Origin: Mobula birostris
Lineage: Eukaryota
Assembly (NCBI RefSeq): GCF_030028105.1
Contig: NC_092384.1
Location: 3,887,665 to 3,951,664, forward strand
Direction of reading: 5' to 3'
Length of the DNA stretch: 64,000 bases
Shown: positions 1-10,300 of the stretch, piece by piece
Position numbering within the stretch: the stretch's first letter is position 1
Layout of the letters: every line of letters starts with the position of its first letter
Notes under the pieces: generated by a model
The model's database searches: none
What the model saw: only the letters and a program-made list of their open reading frames with translations
What the model was told of the DNA's origin: nothing
Translations under genes and position numbers: made by a program

Positions 1-1933
1 CAAATATACCACATCCACTGGTTCTCCCCTATCCACTCTACTAGTTACATCCTCAAAAAATTCCATGAGATTCGTCAGACATGATTTTCCTTTCACAAAT
101 CCATGCTGACTTTGTCCGATCATTTCACCGCTTTTCAAATGTGCTGTTATCACATCCTTGATAACTGACTCCAGCAGTTTCCCCACCACCGACGTTAGGC
201 TAACCGGTCTATAATTCCCCGGTTTCTCTCTCCCTCCTTTTTAAAAAGTGGAGTTACAATAGCCACCCTCCAATCATCAGGAACTAGTCCAGAATGTAGC
301 GAGTTTTGAAAAATTATCACTAATGCATCCATTATTTCTTGGGCTACTTCCTTAAGCACTATATGATGCAGACCATCTGGCCCTGGGGATTTATCTGCCT
401 TCAATCCCTTCAATTTACCTAACACCACTTCCCTACTAACATGTATTTCGCTCAGTTCCTCCATCTCACTGGACCCTCTGTCCCCTACTATTTCTGGAAG
501 ATTATTTATGTCCTCCTTAGTGAAGACAGAACCAAAGTAATTATTCAATTGGTCTGCATGTCCTTGCTCCCCATAATCAATTCACCTGTTTCTGTCTGCA
601 GGGGACCTACATTTGTCTTTACCAGTCTTTTCCTTTTTACATATCTATAAAAGCTTTTACAGTCCGTTTATATGTTCCCTGCCATTTTTCTCTCATAATC
701 TTTTTTCCCTTTCCTAATTAAGCCCTTTGTCCGTCTCTGCTGAACTCTGAATTTCTCCCAGTCCTCAGGTGAGCCACTTTCTCTGGCTAATTTGTATGCT
801 TCTTCTTTGGAATTGATACTATCCTTAATTTCTCTTGTCAGCCACGGGTGCACTACCTTCCTTGATTTATTCTTTTGCCAAACTGGGATGAACAATTGTT
901 GTAGTTCATCCATGCAACCTTTAATTGCTTACCATTGCATATCCACCGTCAATCCTTTAAGTGTCATTTGCCAGTCTATCTTAGCTAATTCACGTCTCAT
1001 ACCCTTAAAGTTACCCCTCTTTAAGTTCAGAACCTTTGTTTCTGAATTAACTATGTCACTCTCCATCTTAATGAAGAATTCCACCATATTATGGTCACTC
1101 TTACCCAAGGGGCCTCTCACGACAAGATTGCTAATTAACCCTTCCTCATTGCTCAAAACCCAGTCCAGAATAGCCTGCTCTCTAGTTGGTTCCTCGACAT
1201 GTTGGTTCAAAAAACCATCCCGCATACATTCCAAGAAATCCTCTTCCTCAGCACCTTTACCAATTTGGTTCACCCAATCTACATGTAGATTGAAGTCACC
1301 CATTATAACTGCTGTTCCTTTATCGTACACATTTCTAATTTCCTGTTTAATACGATCTCCGACCTCACTACTACTGTTAGGTGGCCTGTACACAACTCCC
1401 ACCAGCGTCTTCTGCCCCTTAGTGTTACGCAGCTCTACCCGTATCGATTCCACATCTTCTCGGTTTATATCCTTCCTTTCTATTGCGTTAATCTCTTCTT
1501 TAACCAGCAACGCCACCCCACCTCCCCTTCCTTCATGTCTATCCCTCCTGAATATTGAATATCCCTGAACGTTGAGCTCCCATCCCTGGTCACCCTGGAG
1601 CCATGTCTCTGTGATCCCAACTATATCATAATCATTAATAACAATCTGCACTTTCAATTCATCCACCTTATTACGAATGCTCCTTGCATTGACACAGAAA
1701 GCCTTCAGGCGCTCTTTTACAACTCTCTTAGCCCTTATACAATTATGCTGAAAAGTGGCCCTTTTTAATGCTTGCCCTGGATTTGTCGGCCTGCCACTTT
1801 TACTTTTCTCCTTAGTACTTTTTGCTTCTACCCTCACTTTACACCCCTCTGTCTCTCTGCACTGGTTCCCATCCCCCTCTTGTGAACTAACCTCCTCATG
1901 CCTAGCCTCTTTAATTTGATTCCCACCCCCCAA
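1..1933 (-). pseudogene. CR1 ORF2 (APE endonuclease, start of RT), disrupted
   Basis: In-frame stops at 929-931 and 668-670 in the same frame, then a frameshift near 555 and another near 235, where a T-run is one base shorter than in the 61.8-kb copy. Confidence 0.85.
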
Positions 1934-1938
1934 CCATT

Positions 1939-2898
1939 CTAGTTTAAAGTCACCTCAGTAGCACCTTCTAATCTCCCTGCCAGGATATTGGTCCTCCTAG
2001 GATTCAAGTGTAACCCGTCCTTTTTGTACAGGTCACGCCTGCGCCAAAAGAGGTCCCAATGATCCAAAAACTTGAATCCCTGCCCCCTGCTCCAATCCCT
2101 CAGCCACGCATTTATCCTCCACCTCATCGCATTCCTACTCTCACTGTCGCGTGGCACAGGCAGTAATCCCGAGATGACTACCTTTGCGGTCCTTTTTCTC
2201 AACTCCCTTCCTAGCTCCCTATATTCTCCTTTCAGGACCTCATCCCTTTTCCTACCTATGTTATTGGTACCTATATGTACCACGACCTCTGGCTCCTCAC
2301 CCTCCCACTTCAGGATATCTTGGACACGATCAGAAATATCCCGGACCCTGGTACCAGGGAGGCAAACTACCATCCGGGTCTCTGGAGTGCGTCCACAGAA
2401 TCGCCTATCTGACCCCCTTACTATCGAGTCCCCTATCATAACTGCCCTCCTCTTCCTTGCCCTACCCTTCTGAGGTACAGAGCCAGACACTGTGCCGGAG
2501 GCACGGCCACTGTCGCTTCCCCCGGGTAAGCTGTCCCCCCCAACAGTACTCAAACAGGAGTACCTGTTGTTAAGGGGCACAGCCACCGGGGTACTCCTTA
2601 TTACCTGACTTTTCCCCTTCCCCCGCCTAACCGTGACCCACTTGTCTGCCTCCCGTGGCCCCGGCGTGACCACCTGCCTGCAACTCCTCTCTATCACCTC
2701 TTCACTCTCCCTGACCAGACGAAGGTCATCGAGCTGCAGCTCCAGTTCCCTAACGCGGTCCCTTAGGAGCTGCATCTCGATGCACTTGGCGCAGATGTAG
2801 ACGTCCGGGAGGCTTGTAGACTCCCGGGCCTCCCACATCCGACACCGAGAACAGCAAACTGCCCTCACACTCATACTGCCCCTCTCCTCAAATAACAA
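1939..2898 (-). CDS. CR1 ORF1 protein (zinc finger + SGNH/GDSL esterase), open, 319 aa
   Basis: CSRCRMW..CAKC finger, coiled-coil region, then GDSIVRGSD, HIGTNNIG and DGLHLN esterase motifs. Confidence 0.85.
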   Translation of the reverse strand: MLFEERGSMSVRAVCCSRCRMWEARESTSLPDVYICAKCIEMQLLRDRVRELELQLDDLRLVRESEEVIERSCRQVVTPGPREADKWVTVRRGKGKSQVIRSTPVAVPLNNRYSCLSTVGGDSLPGGSDSGRASGTVSGSVPQKGRARKRRAVMIGDSIVRGSDRRFCGRTPETRMVVCLPGTRVRDISDRVQDILKWEGEEPEVVVHIGTNNIGRKRDEVLKGEYRELGRELRKRTAKVVISGLLPVPRDSESRNAMRWRINAWLRDWSRGQGFKFLDHWDLFWRRRDLYKKDGLHLNPRRTNILAGRLEGATEVTLN

Positions 2899-3030
2899 CA
2901 GAAAATGAATGCCAAACCTCCCTCGCCTGTTTCCGCCTAAGCCAGTTGAGACGAAGCCCTTAAGTCTTCACTCTGCTCCCGGCTCACTCCACAGCCCGCA
3001 AACTACGCTGCCCGCTCTATGAGGCTCTGT

Positions 3031-3356
3031 CCCTCTTAAATCTGCCGCACTGCACAGCCTAACGTCACACGCCTGCGCAGTCCCGCCTCTCAGAACGCCG
3101 TTGTAGAAAACAAAAATAACGAAAATTTCAAAAATGTCTTTCTCGGCACTCCCACTCAGACTCTCTGACTCCTTCTTCGAATCAAACCCGCAGCAGGATG
3201 TCTGCCCTTTTAAATCTGCTGCACTGCGCAGCCCGACGTCACACGCCTGCGCAGTCCCGCCTCTCAGAACGCCGTTGGAGAAAAAAAATAACAAAAATTT
3301 CAAAAATGTCTTTCTCGGCACTCCCACTCAGACTCTCAGACTCCTTCTTCGAATTC
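3031..3356. repeat. Two-copy direct repeat (period about 174 nt) in the CR1 5'UTR
   Basis: AAATCTG..ACGTCACACGCCTGCGCAGTCCCGCCTCTCAGAACGCCGTTG..CTCCTTCTTCGAAT occurs at about 3038 and again at 3212. Confidence 0.9.
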
Positions 3357-4168
3357 TGTTCCGACGGAAGGGATGGCAAATTATCTCAAAGTCATTAGGA
3401 CATGACTAAATTTAATGGGGTTGGCGTCTAACGCCCTGGGAAAGGTTTCACTGATAATCTTAATGGTATCTCTGTAGCAACAGTGTTTGCGTTATAACTA
3501 ACGGGAGCTTTGGAATGTGCAGCGTCCAATGAGGGGAGATTTTTTTTTCTTCTTGTGTTCCTGAGAAATAAGGAGGCTCGGCTTTTGTCCGGCGGAGGAT
3601 GTCGAGAGAAGAGAGAAGGGAGAGGTCATAGACCACAGAATGGCGTGGACTTGGAATGGGATCGGGAGTCGACGACACTGGAGAACAAACGGACGGGAAA
3701 ATCGTGAGGTCCAACGAGTACTATAGAATGTTTCCGTAAAATGTGCCCTTTATCTTTTTGTTTTGCTTTTTTTTTTACTAACCCTATCGTCAAATTAAGA
3801 ACTATAAAGCTTAATATTTTAATTGAATATGGTGTACTGTTCGTTATTTCTTGGTACTGATTTGTAACAGGTGAAAACATCAGGCAGCATCGACACAAAG
3901 AAGGTTTTACCAACTGGTGGGGGCGACGACTGTGTTCTCCTAGACTAACGCAACCCATTGAGCCTGGAGGTTACATCTAATTTAAATATGCATCCCAAGG
4001 AACAAACCTATCTTTCCGCATAATTATAATCAAACTAATGGAATTATCGTCGGATACAATTTTCCACAGACACCTTTCTGTTACCTGCTCTGTCTCAGTT
4101 TGTATCCTCCTGATAACATCTGTACCATTAGGTCGTCTGTTATTTTAAATGCCCGCATATCGTCGCAA

Positions 4169-4219
4169 TGACGTCAAAGTGAAACCAAGATGTAAGGGTT
4201 GTGCAGTCTATTTGCAAAT
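4169..4219 (+). promoter_or_regulatory. Candidate gene A promoter cluster: CRE palindrome, IRF-element-like site, octamer-like palindrome
   Basis: TGACGTCA (4169-4176) is directly followed by AAAGTGAAACC (4176-4186), then ATTTGCAAAT (4210-4219), about 100-150 nt upstream of the ATG. Motif match only. Confidence 0.35.
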
Positions 4220-4321
4220 CCATTTCCACAGGACCCATTGAAAAGCTTCTCATCACTGTGCTATGTGATTGAACTTTTGAAATACAGTTAACACTGTCTG
4301 ATTTCATCACTTTTATTCAAA

Positions 4322-4376
4322 ATGCATATATTTGATAAGCTCCTTAATCTCTTCGTACTGCAGATTGTGTACACAG
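4322..4376 (+). CDS. Gene A exon 1, signal peptide MHIFDKLLNLFVLQIVYT
   Basis: ATG at 4322, hydrophobic core, donor G|GTATGT at phase 1, 246-nt intron before the V exon. Confidence 0.8.
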
Positions 4377-7300
4377 GTATGTCTACAATTCCGTTTTTGA
4401 TCTGGAATAACAAGTTGTGAGATATTCAGAAACAGTTTGCGACGAGCAGCTGCCCAAGAAGTAAACAGCAGTTTTGTTATTTTAAATTGATTTACTTTAC
4501 TCACAGTCGAATCGAACTATTTCTGTCAGAGTGATATTATATATAAATATTTTTATTTTAATATTTTTTGTCAATAAAGCCAACCATTATACTCTGATAA
4601 CTATTGTTTTTCATTCTGACAGTTGCTGACAGGGCCTCGATCACAGTGCGCCAGATTCCTGTGAACGAGACTAAGGCAGAGGGTGCAAATGTGTCAATTT
4701 ACTGCACCTACCCAATCTTCGCTCAGAACGCAGTGGTGGCTGTTTATTGGTGGAAAGGGGGACAAGAAGGATATATAGATCCTACTGCAGACAGAAGGAT
4801 GAGTATTATAACTACACAGCAAGGTTCTGCCGAATTCCATATCTTCGACCTGAGATTCGGGGACTCTGGAATATTTTATTGCGGTGTGAGAGACTGGACA
4901 GGAACGATTTCCAAAGGCAATGGCACGAACGTTATTGTACACGGTAAATCTTACTCGGCGTGTCTTAGACAAATGTAACTACTAAATTAAACGGATCGCG
5001 TTAGATATTGATAAAGTACAATAAGAGACCGCCTCTCCATCCACAGTAATATTCTTCATTTCGGGTTTCAATAACCACTGTTTACTGTTGGTGGAACAGT
5101 GGAATCTCGGAAAGAACATGATGTTGAGTGCACGGTTGTTGCAGCAACGCCACTCTGCTAGCTGATATAGCTCGCTCTTGTATGTCAGTTCTATCCGTCT
5201 TGGAGTCCAGTGCCGATGCACTGCGGTAGCGTTCATAGGTTCATTATCCATGAGAAATCGGATAGCAGAGAGGAAGAAATATTTCTTTGAATCGCAAAAT
5301 GTGTCATCACGCTTTTATACCTCCTTCCTCACGATTAGAATGAGAAGTGGAAATGTCCTGGGTAATGGAAGTCCCTAATGATGGACGCAGCCCTCCCGAG
5401 ACACTGCTACTTGAAGATGTCATGGATACTATGGATGCTAGCACCCATGATAGAACTGACTCGTTATATAACTTACTGCAGCTTCTTTCGATCAGTACAG
5501 TAGTCGCTCCCCAGTATGCCAGGCGGTGATGCAACCTGTTAAAATGCTCTCATGGTACATGTTTAAAAGTTCTCGAGGGTTTTAGGTGACAAACCAAATC
5601 TCCTCAAATTTCCAATGAAATATAGACACTATCTTGCCCCCATTATAGCAACGTCGATATGTTAGGACCAGGTTAGTTCCCCAGAGATATTGACACCCAG
5701 GAACTTGAAATTGCCCACTGTCTCCAAATTTGAGGATTGGTTTATGACTCCTCTTCTACTGTTTCTGAAGACCTCGGTCAACTTTCTTGTCTTACTGACG
5801 TTGAGTGAAAGGTCGTTGCTGCAACTCCACTCAGCTGGTTAATATCGCTGTCTGCTGTACGACCTCCCCTTTCCTTCTGAGATTCTGCCAACAATTGTTG
5901 TATCATTACCAAATGTATTGCTGACATTTTAGCTATTCCTAGCTACATAGCCATGGATATAGAGAGAGTAGAGAATTGGGCCAAGGGCACATTCCAGAGG
6001 TGCACCAGTGTTGATCCTCAGTGAGGAGGAGTTATTGATACAAATTATTTTCTTCAGGTCAGCAAGTCGAGAATCCAATTTCAGAGTAAGGTACAGAGAC
6101 CCATAGCTTATCAATCAGACTGTAAGAATGATGGTGATAAACGCTGTAGTCAATAAACTGCAAACAGCATCGTGACAAGGTGTTGGTATTGTCCTGGTGA
6201 TTTAAGGCCGTCTGATAATCCACTGATTGTGGTTCTAGTCCTGTGAGGTACCATATCTGCTGCCGTAGATTCTGATTCTGAAAAACACAGCAGCTTACAC
6301 TATATGAATTCGTCCGTCAATACCTATTAGGAACCATTACACGGTTTTACAGTACCGTAGTGGTATTGACGGTTTTCTAGATTGTTCTCTGTTTTATAAA
6401 AACAACATAGTTTATTACTTAGTTTAGAATGCAGAATCTCTGCAATTCTATGCCCAATGAAGCAGTGGAGGCTACCTCAGTTAACATATTTAAGAGAAGG
6501 TTGGATAAGAGTTTTGCATATTACAGAAGTTAACGATTATGGAGAAAAGGCAGGTTGATATGGAGATGAGTCCATTACCAGAGCATCCATAATCTTATTG
6601 AATGACGGAGAAGGCGCGAGGGGTCAGATGGCCTTCTTCTGCTCCTATTTCTTATGTTCTTAAGTACTCAGTTATACAGTAGAAAGTGCAAAAGAGCAAA
6701 ACAATGATATTATTAATTTAAACATATTAAACATTTCATGAAATTTTGCGAGTTTCAGTGGTGAAAGCAGTATAGCATGTAATATAAGTTTGTCTTGGAG
6801 GCAGAGATTGGTAAAGTAAATGGCAGTATGTTTGCTCAGGATGGAAGGCAGAACACATTAAATCACACAATTGAGCATTGTACATATAATTAATGCAACG
6901 TGTATCAAAAGATGGGTCCAAAGAAGGTAAAAATAGAAAGATTTGTTAAATTCAGAATTCCTAAATATTTAAAGGTTGTAACCCCGCTTGGGATGATATG
7001 TCCTTGTTGAAAAGCCCGGGGCATGGACTGTGGACAGACGAAATTCCTTTCTAAGCTGTTACTGGGAAATTTATAATTTATTTTGCTCAGCAATTAAACC
7101 GTAATTTCTGGTCATCATTGTCATCAATGTATTGGAAGCAACCTATATTTAAATATGTGCCTCTTTTCACCTTGTGTCTGCATTACCGCATCAAGCTAGA
7201 TTGAAGATTACTACAGCACTATGTTCCCCCCAGAAAGGACGGTACTTTTCTTTTTGTTTCAATATTATTTTCCAGTTTTTTTTTGTTTTTTTTTCCCGGA

Positions 7301-10300
7301 GCTCAACGATGTTAGTCTGGAAAAAAAAAAAAAAAAAAAAAAAAATCCTTCTTTATATTCCGTTCTGAACGTCAGGGAGTTTTCATCATTTTGTCATAAC
7401 TTGCTGCAGCCTCAGAGACAAAGCAAAAAAATAGAGCGTCCAAAACATTACACAAACAATGATCCGTGACATTTTAAAATAAATATTTCACCAGATTCAT
7501 TTGAAATAATGGCAAATGGTATAATACCTTTGGAAGATTTGCTTCATAAAATCTGTTCTGTTCACAAGAGAATTACAGATTTTAGCTTTATTCTTTCATG
7601 TTTCCTGCAATTCCTGCTTATCATTTTCCTCCTGTTATTTATTCTTTTTTCATTCCCCTGGTTAAACCCGATTCCAGCATGGTCCAACATGCTGACTTCT
7701 ACAATCTTGCTCTCTCGATCCTCTGCGTCCATCAAGCATTTTTTGTTTATTCCTTTACCTGCTGCAATACTATTTATTCCGTAAAGATAATTTTACGTCA
7801 ACTTCTGGAGCCATAGAGATCCTCTGATGAATATCTTCCACAGAACATCTAGGTATGCAGATTCAGGATGTAGACCAGACAGCCGGGTAGGATCGCTGAA
7901 TTATTCCCCAGTAAGAATGGAGTTGCGACTTGCAGTGAGTAGATACCGGTATTTTTTCTTGAATTGGAAGCCTTTGCTCTAAATAGGCTTGGGTTGTAGT
8001 TATGACGAAATATCACGGAATATTTTGAGATCTCGTCAAAAAACAATCTTTCAGACCTCTATCAAAATTTCCCGCAACTTTTTGTTTCAAACAAAGCAAG
8101 CACATGGGTGACGGTGTGTTATGCATAGGCAACACAGAACTTTCAGCGGGTTCAGATAATTAGAACATAAGGGTAGAACATAATGTGTTAAATAAGAAGA
8201 AATTTACTCTGAAAGATCCAAATAGAGGGGTCGAGTGTTTCGTCACTGGTGAGGGGTTGCAAGGGTTTTGGTAGTCACTGAGTTCTGTTCTTGTATGTGA
8301 ATGTTACACCTGAACCCCGTCCGGTGAGGAAAATTGCATACTGTCAGAAAGCATCAAAACGAATGACGGAAGAAACAGTTTATTAAGGAAATAATGGAAA
8401 TCCAAACATTATAAATTACAACACCTTATATTCCAAGGCATTATTGAAGGAATGACATTAAATGTCGATAAATAACTTACCCTGTAACAAATCACTACGC
8501 TGTGTTTGGATCATTCATTTTATTGATGTAGTAATTTATTCTTGTTATAGGCAACTGACAACTGGAAGTTTACTTTGAAATGATTCCCGTCTTAACGAAG
8601 TTAGGACAATGGACAATTACAATCACTCTTTCTTGTTGTTGCTGAATCTGACCTTGCTATACGAACGCCCGTACTTCTTCTTAAATCAGATATTTTTATT
8701 CTTCATAACTAGATCTAGAGAAACTCTGCCATGGAAGTTCCCTAGAATGCCTGCGAAAGAAGGAGGGTTGGGCATAGTGCTATCAGATCCACCCCGTACA
8801 ACCACAGAGTTCCAGAAATACCACCAGAGGCCCCAGAGACCATGCTGGGTTCCGCGATAGCGCAGCTTCAGCGTGCTGCGATTTAGCCTGGGGCGAGCAA
8901 GAGTTCGGAGTTACGTTCCAGTGCCGTCTGTAAGGAGTTTTCTATGTTCTCCGCATGTAAAACGTATGTTTTCCCCAAGTTCTTCGGTTTCTTCCCACAG
9001 TCCAACGATGTTACGGGTACGTGAATTGGTCATTGGAAATGGTCCTTGATTTGTTCAGGGTAAATCGGATTTGACGGGGACTACTGAGGCTGACTCGAAA
9101 GATCGGAATGAGATACTTCGCGCCGTGTCGATAAAATATAAATCCTTTGAATCGGAGAGATCTTCGCTAAGAAGGTATATAATGGGATACACCTGGTGAC
9201 AACTTGAAGGACTGCCCCAAGACAGAGGACATAAGCAATCTGAAAAAGAAAAGGAAAATCTTGCATGTTGACAGAGAGGAATGAAATGCAGGAAACATTT
9301 TAACCGCTGCAACTGTAGGGTTATTAAAATGCACGAAAATAGTTTGATTTTTTTCACACGAGTCATAGATTTATACAACCGAGGCGGACATTTCTCAACC
9401 CAAATCTGACATGCCGAACAAACCCCGATATCCCTGAACACATTGCTTTCAAATCATGTGCATGTCTGAATGATTTGTGGTTTTTTTTTTTGCATTTTCA
9501 TTTTATCCCGCATCCTTAGCTTCTTGTGCATGTCTTTACATGTACCTACTGCCAAGTGTGTTGAAAAATGTACCTTTTAGGTTCAATTTAAACCTACGCC
9601 CATTCATTTTAAGCCCATCCCTCCAATTGGAGACACCGAGAATCTGGGAAGAAGACTCTGACCATCTACGTTATATTGGTCCTTATAACTTTATAAGCAT
9701 CTATCAGATCACCCTTCGACCTCCTTCCCTACAGACAAAGAGTCTCAGATTCTCCATGTAAATGAAACCCTCCAGACCCAGTGCTGCACGCATTCATACC
9801 AGATTAATGACATTTATGCTGTGGCTAGGCCAAGAGAACCACGGACAGTACCTCAAGTATGTTCTCACTAACAACTTGTGCAATTTCAGCCTGACGTGCC
9901 AATTACTTACCAGCACAGGCAGGAATGCCAAATCGCCTTCTTCGCCAATCATCTTCTGTGATTGCCCGTTTGTGTCATGACTTTAAGGGATTAGGCACGT
10001 ACGGTACCAGGGTTCTGTTTATGTCAACCCTCCCTATGGAACTCCCAATTCCTATTTAAGTCTTGGTCTAGTTTAATGTAGAAAATAGAGCTCATCGCAC
10101 TGTTAAATATGTCCAATGTTTTTCGTATTGTAAACAGGTTTGTTCCGGGTAAAAAAATGTTGGAATAAGGAGTCTTAATGCGACACAGATTAGAGCATTG
10201 TTGGATAACCAATCGTTTGTGTGATGCATTCTGAGAGATTTAATTGTTGTCCTTATAGGAATTTGATTAGTTGGCATTTCAACGTCTGTCGATTATACAG

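Larger units (their letters stand above)
1..3360 (-). mobile_element. CR1-type LINE, 5' two-thirds (5'UTR, ORF1, endonuclease and start of RT), continues beyond the window start
   Basis: ORF1 has a zinc finger and an SGNH esterase. ORF2 has the APE endonuclease motifs (ITETWL, VGVVYRPP, GDFN, SDHN) and KSPGPDG. The 5' end is approximate. Confidence 0.9.

Noticed and set aside
4642-4648. Perfect RSS heptamer CACAGTG inside the gene A V exon
   Set aside because: It encodes I-T-V in strand A, at the wrong end of the domain, and no nonamer follows at 12 or 23 nt.
8480-8744. Minus-strand segment with a strong acceptor and donor and a FHGRVSL peptide reminiscent of a V-domain D strand
   Set aside because: All frames contain stops, and there are no Cys/Trp landmarks or partner exons; too weak to call a pseudo-exon.
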